Source of the DNA: Peribolospora baueri
Taxonomy: Eukaryota
Length of the DNA: 64,000 bases
Assembly: GCA_029717555.1 (NCBI GenBank)
Contig: JAMDHS010000108.1
Span: 1-64,000, forward strand
Direction: 5' to 3'
The position numbers and the translations under genes are program-made. Within the stretch, counting starts at the first letter, position 1; the number at the start of each line of letters is the position of its first letter. This document shows positions 52,715 through 64,000 of the stretch, piece by piece. Under the pieces are notes generated by a model that did no database searches, was not told where the DNA came from, and saw only the letters and a program-made list of their open reading frames with translations.

Positions 52715-55605
52715 TCAGATGCGCGCCGCCTGACTAAGGCCAGTGACCAGAAGGTCCTTGTCGTCCTTAGAATCGCAGTACATGAGGAACGGGTTGTGGC
52801 CCTCCTCCTCGTAAGCAGGTACGAAGGTGATTTTAAACGAATTGGCCATTTGAATCTCGTCGTAAGCGTCCGTGATCGAGCGCACAGCCGAGGCGAGGGG
52901 GAGGACATCGAGAGGCTTGGTCGTTTCCTAAGACGAGCAAAGGAAGAGGCGGGACATGAATCGCGTTCAGTATTATGACCGCCGTGGCCAGACGGACAGG
53001 GCGGACAAGCACTTACATGTTGATTCTTGTAAAGCGAGAGCTTGTCTTTGTGAAGCTCGAACCATCGTCGCCGCCACATCTGTCGAAAGAGGAAAATAGG
53101 ATGAAAAAGGCAGGGTGTCGGTGTGCACGCCGTTTGTAATCGGAGAAGGAGGCTCCGCCAAATTGAGCGCCTAATTCGGAACGCGGCTGGCGGACGAGAA
53201 ACTCACGATCGAATTACCGCCTTGGACCGTGACACTGCCGGTTAAGAGCACCTTGTCGTCCGCTGAATTATCGACGACCATGGCCTTGAACCGCTGCTGG
53301 AGCGCGGCCCTCTCCTTCTCCCTCCTATCCTCTCTCTGTTTTTGCTCCTTCTCCAATCTCGCCTTCCTCTCCGCCTCCTCCCTGATCCTTCGCTCCTTGT
53401 CCTCCTTCTCCCTCTCTCTGCGCTCAATCTCCAACACCCTCTCCCGCTCCGCCCGCTCCAGCCGCTCCTTCTCCTTGCGCGCCTCCTCCGCCCGGCGCTC
53501 CTCCTCCCGACGCAGTCTCTCTGCCGCTTGCCGCCGCGCCTTCTCCTCGCTCTCAAGCCGACTGCGTTCGAACGCGTCCAGACGCTCCCTCTCCGCCCTC
53601 TCCGCCGCCCACCTTCGCCTCGCGTCTTCCTCCGTCGCCCTCCTCTCCCTCTCCTTCCGCTCCGCCTCCTCCAGTTCGAGACGCAAGCGCTCCTTCTCCG
53701 CGACGTCCGCCTCTTCCGCTTCCGCACGGAACCTTTCTTGCTCCTCCGCTTGCGCCTGCTTCAAACCGTATTCCCTCTGGATGCGCATCGCGCTCGTCTC
53801 GCGAGCGTGACCCGGTCGAGCGCCCGCGTGCCCGTGACGAGGCTCCGAGTCGTCTTGGTCGTCTTCGACTGGTGGGGCCGGCAGCTGCTTGGACTCTTGC
53901 TGAGGTCGGTGACCGGGAGAGAAGGGCACGGGCGGCGGAGGCGACCACGGCGACCGCGGCGAAGTCAAACCAGACAACCTCTCTCTCTCGCGCACCTGCT
54001 TGTGAATCCAAGGCTCGCCCTCCAGGTCCGAGGCGTCGTAGCGGTGACGTTGCCCGTAGCTTGGCGGAGAAGCCGTCGACGATCCGGCGCCCCTCGCCCC
54101 AAACTCAGAACCTACTCCCTGGCCATCGACGCGCCCGTTCTGGTAGTAGCCTTGTTGGTGAACTCTCGGGCTGTGCTGAGGAGTATTGCCGACAATCGGA
54201 GAATGGACCGGTGACGGCGACCTGTTCTGTCCGTGAAGATGGCCGTTGGAACCCGTGGCTGCGGCGGAGGGATCAAGAGAGATGGGGGACCTACGGCCAT
54301 CGTTGCCGCCTCTAACCGGCGTTTGAATGGCCAGGTTAGCAGGGCCGGCGACGTGAGAGCGAGCGGATCTCTGAGACGAGAAGGACATCTGCTGGGCGTG
54401 ATCGGACGCAAAGAAGTGGTGCGATGCGGCTGCTCTCTCAGCCTCTCTCTCGGCTTCTGCTGCCGCCTGTTGCTGCTGATACGCTTGAGCGATCCTTTGT
54501 GAGTCGCTAGGGGAATGAAGGGGTTGCGGTCGCGGCGATGGAGGAGCAGCGGGATAAGCTGCAGGCGACTGGGGCCGAAATGCCTGAACGGATCGTCCGC
54601 TCTGAGCACCGTTGTAGCTGGCCTGCTGGACGTGGCCGCCCATTGTCGGTGGCACCGGCGACCGCGGCGTACGGGGTGTCCGCGGAGTGAGCGCACCGGT
54701 GTTTGACTCATTGCCCCCGAACTCTATGGTCGGATCTCGCGGCGTTCCGGGCATGGAAGGGGAGTACGAGCCGTCCAATTTCAGTTTTGCCCGGACCGTC
54801 GTCTCGTTCAGGTCGGAAGGATGAGCGGCTGACAAGGTCGCTTGATGTGCCTGATAGAACGCGGCAAGGTAGCTGTAAGTGGGCAAGCGGCCAAGGTCGG
54901 AGAAACGGCGGGAAAGGATATAGCTTACCCTGAAGAGAGACCCCACGGCTCGGCCATGAACGAGGGCTCGAGCTCTTCGGACGCCGCTGCGAGTGCGAAT
55001 GGGGACGAAGTGAGTTTTACATTCGGTATATCAAAGGCTCCAACACCGTTCGCCTCCATGCGTCGGCATAGGGAGCCTGTCTAAAACATCTACCCTTGTT
55101 CTGTCAAAGGAGCAAGAGATCTCGCTCGCACTCACCTTACTCCGTCTCCAACGTACGTCACAAGCAGATACCGTCCCTCCACCCTCAAGAATCCGAACAG
55201 GACTTCATCCGCCAAAGCCTCCTTGAAGCCCTCCAAGCCATTGTATCCGGACGCATAAAGTGAGAGCGTATCGCGCGTGTCTCGGTAGCCGAGGATGAGC
55301 CTGATCGAACGTTAGGCGCGAGACGGAGGAAGACAGGATCGAATTCTTAACGAGAACACGAGGATAGCAGCTTCTCTGTTCTGCCGCTCTAAGGCGCCCG
55401 ACGACACTCACCAGTCAAGACTGCCTCCCCTGACAATCTCCTCGCTGTATCGCCGGCGGGAGGGGTGACGGGAAGGATCGGAACGATTCGATCAGCCCGG
55501 CGACCGACTCGCTCCACTCAGAAAACATACTACAAGACGACGCTCCGCAAAAAGGTGCACTCACTAGGCAGAGACGGCGGCCGGGTCGTTGAGGTTGCAG
55601 CTCAT
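52715..55605 (-). CDS. ADF-H (cofilin/drebrin-like) domain, E/R-rich helix and C-terminal PH-domain protein
   Basis: Spliced N-terminus MSCNLNDPAAVSAY|EEIVREAVLDW|LILGYRDTRDTLSLYASGYNGLEGF...LLVTYVGDGVS|GVRRARALVHG. About 150-aa E/R/K tract. PH-like LLTGSVTVQGGNSI|MWRRRWFEL...LSLYKN|...NSFKITF...MYCDSKDDKDLLVTGL. Stop at 52715. Confidence 0.8.
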
Positions 55606-57408
55606 GTCTCAACGACTGGACAGCGACAGGGACAGTGCCAAATGGAGAAGAAGGGGATGCGAGCGAAGCGGGTGGCGACCTCCTCCTGCAACCGTGGTAT
55701 TTAATATGCGCCAGTCGATCTAGGGGCGAAGGGTATCGCAAGAGCGGAGCCGAAGCTGGCGAGGCGCCTAGGTATGGTGTTGGTGGATAAGCTGGGAGGA
55801 GATGGGGTGGGTCGTGCGACTAGAGAGACCGTGCGGTATAGGGACAGCAGCCTTTTCGCAGTGACTGCGACGCGACAAAGGTGCGAGGTTGGGTCGTGCG
55901 GGGCGGAGAAGGGATGGACGACGGCAGGTAGATAGAGAGGGGATAGGAGGGGTGCAGAGGAAAGGGTGAGGGGCAGCTAAAGGGGGGGTATGTGTGTCGT
56001 CGTCTCTGTCGCCGCCGCCGCCGCCGCCGTCGTCGTCGCTGTAGTCGTTGTCGTCGTCGTCGTCGTCGTCCTTTGAAAAAAGCCGTCGCCTTTGGCTGGG
56101 CCCGCTGGACTTGGCTAGCGCGGGCTGGAAACCGAGATAGCGTGTTGTAATGCTGATAATAGCATGATTGACTCATTATTAATGGCGATCCCCCGCCGCG
56201 CGTCTCGCTCCTTCTAGACGTCTCGTCTCCGTCGACAGTTAGACAGAACGCCTTTGTCTGTCGCCAGACACACGCCCTGCTTTTTGCCCGCCCCCACAAG
56301 CAAACCCCTAGAGTGCACTCCGCATGCGTCACAAGGTGCACGTGCGCGTGCGCACGACGGGTCCTCGATCTACCTGTCTGTCGAAGCAGTTGACCCCCTG
56401 CCCAACTCCGAGCGTCATGCGCCGCGGACGGCGGAAATCGCTTGCACCCAGCCGCCGGCTCTAGAAGGATGTGCAGTCAAGTCGCCCATTCGAAAAACAA
56501 TGTCGATCGAAGCTGGGAAGGCTCTGCTCCAGATGCCAAGCTGCTGCGCTTGGCCTAAATGACACTCGTCGAGGGCAGGGACTTGAGTGACGACCCCGCC
56601 GTGCTTCCCTGTCAGCGTCCTAGTCTCCTGGTATTTAACTGCATTGGCAACGCGACCGGGTGTTGGCGGGCCGCCGGGCGGATGGCATCGCCACCATATC
56701 TACTGGCAATGTGGCGAGAAGAGGTCATTTCGTCCGCCATGCCGGCGTAACGCCGGCTGCCGGGTGCAATCGACCATGGGCCGAGTCGCCGTGCCTGCCT
56801 CTGGCCTGCAGTTACAACTCTCCCCGGCTAGACATGGCCTTTCTTGTAGATTTGCTGAAACCAGGTCGATCGTCTTCCACGTAACTTGTGTCCTCTTGAG
56901 GAGACCAGGGTTGTAGCCAGCGAGCCGTAGACAACGAGCCGAAACGTCCGTCGCTCCTCGTCTTCGGCCCTAGTTGATCGGGCCTTCCCCCTCGGCCAGA
57001 TCTCTCTCTCTCTCTCTTACGTCACCGAGAACGCCATTTGACACGCACAGAGAATACATCAAGGGCGCTCACATATGAGATAGAGGAGCAGGGGCATGCG
57101 TGAAGACGGGGGCATGCGGCTGTCAAGAGCGAGGCTCGACGGCGAAAAGGTTCAAGACCGCCGCGCCAGGTCACGCGCTTCCCGCGGCTGACTGCGGGCA
57201 CTCTGTGCGACCGTCGGCGCGGATGGCAAGCTAGCTAGAAGGATCGGCGGCGAACAGGGCTCGTACCTAAGTATCCCAGTGCCTACAGCAGGGCCCCACT
57301 TGGCCGACGTATGTTTATACCATGCCCGCCTCTCAGCATGCCCCCTTTTCCCTTCTTCCTCCTCGCACACCTCTTCTTCCTCGTCGCCTTAGGTAGACCT
57401 CGCTCACA

Positions 57409-59840
57409 ATGACCGTCCGCCGTTTGCTCGGCGGCCTTATCGCCTTGTCCGCCGCGTCCGTCGCTTTCGCCGCCGACCCCAACCGGTGGTGCGGCAAGTA
57501 GTGAGTGCGAAAGCGAATTATGGTTTCGACGTTTGCTCCCTGTCCTCCCTAACCGCTGGGCGTGTGTGTGCGCGCTTGGTCGGCCATCTCATCCAGCTAC
57601 AAACAGGGCGCCCCCAATGTTCCACCAGGTGGCCAGTTCGTCTCCCCTTCACCGTCCTCTGAACCTCTTCTCGCTTTCTCCTGCGCACCGCGCTACTCGC
57701 TTTACGCTCACGACGAGAGCTCTGCAGACATCATCGTGGACGCCCCCACCGTCTTCCATCAGGGCTTGGGCGTCGCCATGCCAAGTGACGGGCTGCCGAA
57801 AGGCTTGGACGTAGAGGTTTTCCTCAACGGTGCCGGTGCCGACGACACAAACGGTACGGCCGTGAGCAATAGGTCTGCCCTGGGCAGGATTCACGTCGAG
57901 CTTGGAACCACGGGCACGCTCGTCCAAATTCCCCTGCAAGCCCTGCCGGCACGCACGGACGCGTACAGCCTGTCCTGCGTCGCCAAGGCACCCGACGCCT
58001 CCAACTTCACCGTCACCAGCGATTTCTCCCTCCGTCATCTGCCTGCAAATCCCAACGGAGATGGGAGCACCGTACGCATGGACTGGCTGATGGGCACGGT
58101 GGGTGTGCGAAAGGGCGGCAGAGGTGCCCAGTGGACGAGCCTGGGCGTTCCGTTCGGCTTTTACGCCTCGTTCTCCTACTTGATCGGCAACTTGAGCCTG
58201 CTAGATGAGTATGCGGCCACTGGCATGAACATGATCCACCTCGAGCCGGACTATGGGTCTACCTCTGATTTGGATCAGCTATTCAAGTGAGTGACCGGCC
58301 CTGACTCGAGTCTCGCTGAACACATCTCCTGATTCTTTGCTTGCTACTTGTCCTTCTCCCGCTCCCTAGTCGGACAAACGACCTGGGCCTCTGGGTCATT
58401 TATGACATGCGTAACACGTATCTCAACCTGAGCTCGGTGAAGGAACAGACCGACTATGCCCAGTCCAAGCCAAACTTGCTGATGTGCGTCACATCCTTAT
58501 CTTCACGTCGCCCAGCCGTCACTAACGCCTCGTTTCGGCCGCTGGCATGATGGCCTCTCAGGTGGTATACCGCTGACGAGCCAGATGGACAGATGGTGAG
58601 CGCCCCCGATTTTCCTGTGTCGTTCGTCCGCTCCTCTCACACTCGCTGGACTTCTCCCACCTAACCAGGACCCGCACAACGCCACAACGCTCTCTTACGA
58701 CGCCATTTATGCCCGCGACGGCTTTCATCCCATCTCGTTGGTCCTGAACTGCGAAGACTACTTCTGGTGAGTCCCCGCATCTCGCCTGATATCGGTTCTA
58801 GGGCCCGCCCCGCCCGAACACGGGGCTGAACGTCTTCGTCGGTCTTGTATCCTCGTCCGCTTCAGGACGGCGTACACTTCTGGTGCCGACGTGATCAGTG
58901 AAGACGTCTATCCGGTCGGATTGCAAGGCGATTACTCCAACGTATATCACAGTGAGTCTCTGTACGACGACGATCTGAAGGCAGTGCGTGTGAATGCCGA
59001 CGCTTCGTCCTTCCTCCGCCACTCTCCTCTTCGTAGCCACCGTCAACACGACATTCGGCTGCTCGTGAGTTCGAGAGACCTAGGCAGAGGGGAACGTTCC
59101 GTATCAACGCGTATCCCTCACCCCATGCTGTATCCGACTGACGCTCGCCTTCCTTGTTTCCCTTTGCATCTCTCAGCGGTTGCGACGACTGCTTCGGCTA
59201 CAACAACCTCTCAGAGCACCCCGCCCGTCTTGCCCTCTTCGAGTCGCGCACCTTCCTCACCGGCCGCACGCGCAACCTCACCACCTGGTCCGTCCCGCAA
59301 GCCTTCGGCGCCTCCGAGTATTGGCCTCGCATCCCCACCGAGGCCGAGTATCTGACCATGAGCGTCGGCGCCATCACCCAGGGCGCGACGGGCGTGATGC
59401 CGTGGTTCTGGGACGGGACGACGCCTCAGACGATGAAGGACGCCGCGAAGACGCTCGCCGGTTACCTCGCCAAGCTCGAGCGGCTGCTCTGGCGGAGCGA
59501 AAGCCCGTCCGCTCTGCTCGGCCTGCCCGACGGCAGCGGCACGGAGGGCGTGTACGCCGGCTTGTGGAGTCTCTCGGGCGGCAGTGGCGGCGGCGGCGGC
59601 GGCGATGGCCACGTCCTCGTGCTCGCCAACACGCTCAACTCCTCCCAACCGTACTCTGTCTCGATCCCGGGCACGCCCGGCGTGCAGACGCACACGACCC
59701 TCTTCGACTCATCCGACGTCAACGGCACCTTCAAGGGCGCCGAGATCGGACCGTCCGTGCGCCCGCAGCAGAAGGGCAAGGGGGCCACCGTCAGCGGGCG
59801 ACTGGAGGGCCTGCAGGTCGTGGGATACCAGCTGCAGTAA
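57409..59840 (+). CDS. Secreted glycoside-hydrolase-superfamily-like protein (uncharacterised), 8 exons
   Basis: Signal peptide MTVRRLLGGLIALSAASVAFA; WCGKY|Y; LWVIYDMR; MWYTADEPDG; HPISLVLNC; EDVYPVG; GCDDC; WSVPQAFG; GATGVMPW; several N-glycosylation sequons. Confidence 0.78.
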
Positions 59841-59938
59841 TATACCTTTTTGTCATGGATGTGACCATCCAGACACCAGATGCCAAGCCTCGCACGTCGT
59901 ACGTCGTGTCGTCCACATGTGCCTGGGAACTCCAGTAT

Positions 59939-60023
59939 CAGCATCGCCACGCCTTTTATAGCGCCACTCCCTCGTGGCCCAGCATCGCCATTCCTTTATC
60001 GATAGCGCCACCCCCTCGTGGCG
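59939..60023. repeat. Degenerate ~42-nt tandem duplication, each copy with a GCCAC...GTGGC mini-hairpin
   Basis: cagcatcgcca...atagcgccactccctcgtggc followed by cagcatcgcca...atagcgccaccccctcgtggc. Confidence 0.75.
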
Positions 60024-60731
60024 GCCATTCCGTCATCGACACCGTCATTCCCTTGTGTCATTACGTTTCCCTTGTTCGCTCTCCGCGTTTCCCCTTGCGC
60101 CCCTGGCTACATGGCTTGGCTTGGGGCCGCAAATGTATTTAAAGCCGAGGTTTCTGAGTCCATCGCTCCCTCTTCTCCTCAGAAACCTCCCTATAAAATT
60201 AGTCACAACACTCCCCGATACGAGCGCCCCTCGTATACAACTCAGAACTCGTCCCTTTCCTTGATCACCTTCTACGTGTGTGGTCCGTTTGGCTGAAGGA
60301 TTAGGGATACCGACTGGCTTACCAGGGCGAGCGCCCTGAGACCGGGTTGGTTCCTGACAACTTTTTCCGTACGAGCCACCAGGGTCACGGAGCAACGAAT
60401 GACGACGCCCAGCCACTTGAAGTCTTCTAGGCCATGATGACCCGCACTCCAAGATCACTGAGCGAGCCACCTCCTTCGTTCAGGGAGCGTCTAGCCATCT
60501 CAGACACAACAAAGGCGCCGACGGGGAGAGGGTTTCGTGAAGTAAGAAGCGCGAACAAGAGACAAAAGAAGGATTCCTTTTTCTCCGGATGGTTTGGGGA
60601 TTTTATCGGGCGGTGTTCTGAGGCGTTCTGCACGGGAGACATGCTGCAAGCCAGCCGAGGCGGGCCTGGGCGCGAAGTATGATTGCACGATCCCACCCGT
60701 TGGGTATTATTGGCAAAATAGGATCGATCGC

Positions 60732-62962
60732 CTAAGCCGGCACAAGCTTGTAAACCTTGACGCCGTGCGAAGGCACCTCGGCCGCCGGCAAGTGTCCCTC
60801 AAAGACGCCAACCGGTTGGTCCGTGTTCTTCCACAAATCGAACGCCTTCCACTTGGCGCTCCACGCCGACTTACCCTGGTCGACAAAGACGTCCTTGAAA
60901 TCGGCGGCGATGGACTGCGTCTTCGGCGACGTGTTGAGGAGGGCGACGACGTACGAACTGAATGAAGAGAGAGGACGGCGAGAAAGCCGCTCAATAGTGT
61001 GCAACACGGCACGGCTAGAAAATCCCCACCCGAATTCGCCGTTCATCTGGCGAAATGGCTTAATCACCTGTTCACAAGCCCGCCCATCCAGAGTTGGATA
61101 TCACCTTCTGCAGTCCCGTTAGGGCTCTTCTTCCAGATACGAACAGCAGGGGAGCCCTTAGGGTCCTGCGAGATGTCGATGATGCGCTTGTTCTTGATGA
61201 TAGAGCGGGTCTCATCCGTCTATTGGAACATTGGAAGAGCGCAGGTTAAGTCAGTCCGAGGAGCATGAAGAGCGTGAGCGAGCAGGTAGACAGAGACGTG
61301 CAAATCACCATGTTGGTCACGTCGTTGCCGAGGGTGAGCGGGCTCTTGAGCAGAGCCCACATCGAGAAGTGGGTCACGTACTCGTCGTACGTCATGCCAC
61401 CGTTGCCGATCTCGAGCCTGCAAGGGACACCAGGGACGGCGACGACAAAGAGACGTGAGAAAGGATGTACGCAAAAATCAAGGGTGAGGCGCGCTGAAAT
61501 CTGAAACACATTATGACGATGCCATCCCATCGCTCACATGTCCAAATCATTCCACTTTCCTGGTCCCGCCTTCATCCCGAGCGGGCTGGCCCTGTCGATG
61601 ATCGAAGTGACGGAGCAGTGATAGCCCGGCAACTTGCAGTCCATGCCCTCTTTCATGGTCTGACAAGGACAACGGTCGTCCGGTCGGTTGAAGTTGCTGT
61701 GCGAGTAGACGAGCACGACAGAAGCGGAAAGTGAGAAGACGAGATATGTTACCGGGGGATAAACACAAGCTAGACGACCAAGTCGCCGTCTCAGGAGATG
61801 CTCCGATTTTCGGAGCAAAGCGAAACGGTACATTTCCTTGAGGGCCACCACCGAAGTGGCCCTCAAGGAAATGTACCGTTTATAGCTTCGCTAAAATGCA
61901 CTCACTCGTAAATATCCCCGCTCATCCTCCAACTGTGCGCAATCTCCGTAGCCCAGTTCCAAGGACCGTCCACGCCCCAGTTGCACAGCTCGTACACCAT
62001 CGGCCTTCCGGTCTCATTGAGGGCGATAGACATGTTCTGATACCGTTGGAACGAGACCAGCGGTGTCCCCTCGCGGCCTTGGCTATCGAAAGTCGGACCA
62101 AGATAGGAATCACGCTTTCGTCATCAGTACGGGTAATTCAACTTGACTGGACGAGGCGAGGCACCGGCGGTGATGAAGATCAACCCACTTGTAGCAATTA
62201 TCGTACTTGAGGAGGTCGATCCCCCAGCTCGCCCAGGTGCGTGCGTCGACGGCCTCCATGTCGAGGGAACCGACGTGACCGCCGCAGGTTTTGGTGCCGG
62301 CAGAAGAGTAGATGCCAACCTTGAGACCAAGCGCGTGAATCTGGTCAGTCAGATTCTTGATTCCGGACGGGAACCTGCGCCGGAAAATGTCAACGACAAA
62401 GGGCAGACATGACTCTGTATAAGATCGCGTTACATAGACCGCGCTTTCCCTCGAGAGAAAAGTACTCACTTTACAGGGTCAGCCTGCAAGACACCGGTAC
62501 CCTTGTCACGTTCGGCCGCCTGCCAGCAGTCGTCGATGCCCACGTATTTCTGAAGACGGAACAAAGAGTCACCACGTACCAAATGAACGTGTCAGTCGCG
62601 CAATCGTTGGTCGCAGGCGTAGGCAAACTCAGTCTCACGTAACCCAGCTTGTCCAATCCTTCATCGACGATGGCGTGAGAGGCGCGAAGGATGACGGTTT
62701 CGTTGATGTTGCAGCCATAGTGGTTCCAGGTATTCCTATTCGAAGCGACGTAGCGCGTTCGTAACATCAACCGGGCCATTAGCTGATGGGACGTGCATCC
62801 GTGAGCAGGCCATTGGACTCACCAGCCCATCTGGGGCGTCCGCGCAAGACCATTGTCGTACGCGCTTGCCGTGCCATCGAGAAGAGCAGGAGCAAAGAGG
62901 GCGACGGCCGCCGCGATCAGAGGCGACCTGATGGCTTGCGGAAAGGTCAAAGCGCTTGGCAT
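60732..62962 (-). CDS. Secreted alpha-galactosidase, glycoside hydrolase family 27
   Basis: Signal peptide then [48 protein letters not shown] and [16 protein letters not shown]-terminal beta domain ending [11 protein letters not shown]. Confidence 0.95.
61823..61881. repeat. Perfect 26-bp inverted repeat with 7-nt loop inside a GH27 intron
   Basis: aaacggtacatttccttgagggccac-caccgaa-gtggccctcaaggaaatgtaccgttt. Confidence 0.95.
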
Positions 62963-63884
62963 GACGTCCGTCTCGTTGGTGGGCGTAAAAGAGGGTCGCA
63001 AGAATAGAGGATGTCGGGCCTTAGGGAGAGTGTGCGGCTGCAGGAAAGATGAAAGCTGTCCAGCTTAAGTACGGCCATCTCAACGCCCTCCTCCGGCGTG
63101 GCGGAACACCCGACATTCTTCTCGCCTTTCCGGCCGGCTTTCTCTGCCCCCGCTGAAGCCCCGCTCGATGCCATCTCTCCCACTAATTCCGGGGTTCGGT
63201 CCGGGGAAGGCGAGCTCGATGGTAAAGGTTCAGCTCGTTCATCATCATAAGTTGCTCCCTGCGGAGACGTGCTGTGATAATCTCACGGTGTGCATGAGAC
63301 ACCAGAGGCAAGGGGTGCTTGGTGCTCCAGCAACCCCCTTCCAGCGTATATGACAGGTCGGGAGGGAAACTGACTGAGACGCGACTGGGTCGAACGGCGT
63401 CTTCGTGGGACGGGATGAGGAGGGCGGGGATGAGGGTGAGAAGGCTCCCCATGCGGATCGCGCCGACGAACCCGGCAGCGCTGGGGATGAGGGCGAAGGG
63501 GAACCAACCCGCGTCTGAATCGGCGTTTGTTTTTATTCGGCTCGAGTGACACGCAAACATGGTGGTCTGGCCTCGTCCATTAACGATAAGTCTTCTGAAC
63601 CCTTTCTGTCGCCCGAGCGAAGGAAACGCGGAAACTCGATTTAGGAAACAATGCCTACGGTACAGACAGGCTGGGGACAGACGATTGCCATTTGCGCGGA
63701 CGGGTATCAGCGTCGTGCTGGATTGTCTGCTCACATGATGTCAAGGCGCGGGGACGAAGTACGAGTACGGGGTAGAAGGTGTGAAGACAGACGAGGCGGA
63801 ACGAGACAGGTCGAGACGAGAGGTCAAATCGGATGGGATGGGCCGTACAAAGCGCCAAGCGTGCGAGAGAAATGACGGATAACG

Positions 63885-64000
63885 TCACTTGTCCTTCTCC
63901 TCCTCGCTACTCTCCCCCTCTTCCTCGCTACCCTCCTCTTCCTCGTCTTGTTTCTCGTCTTCCTCCTTGCCAAAGTCGAGAGTACGACGCTCCATGTCGT
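63885..64000 (-). CDS. 3' end of a gene running off the window; acidic C-terminus
   Basis: Frame from 63998 reads DMERRTLDFGKEEDEKQDEEEEGSEEEGESSEEEKDK*. Confidence 0.5.
   Translation of the reverse strand, partial: DMERRTLDFGKEEDEKQDEEEEGSEEEGESSEEEKDK

Overview
GC-rich, intron-rich fungal genomic DNA, most likely a basidiomycete yeast (GT-AG introns of mostly ~60-200 nt with CTRAC branch sites, microsatellite-rich intergenic DNA). No prokaryotic features, CRISPR, rRNA or tRNA were seen. About 19 spliced or single-exon genes plus one partial gene were reconstructed by hand; many are invisible or fragmented in the ORF track. They are: a SHOCT-like/coiled-coil hypothetical protein, a secreted Gly-rich protein with Kex2-type sites, PMP3, an SreA/Urbs1-type iron-responsive GATA factor, pyruvate carboxylase, dynactin p62, a nitronate monooxygenase, a Nit1-type amidase, CDC48, a ZCCHC10-like zinc-knuckle/RS protein, an UNC93-like MFS transporter, an N-terminal-only Mpp10, a His-rich disordered protein, an Sds3-like protein, NDUFA5, an arrestin-like protein, MCM2, an ADF-H/coiled-coil/PH protein, a secreted glycoside-hydrolase-like protein and a GH27 alpha-galactosidase. 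Best leads: (1) an Mpp10 gene that ends cleanly after its N-terminal part (possible gene fission), (2) a candidate multi-peptide secreted precursor, (3) a long multi-hairpin NDUFA5 intron with H/ACA-like geometry and a poison 3' splice site, and (4) a perfect 26-bp hairpin in a GH27 intron. All family assignments come from motif recognition, not database searches.
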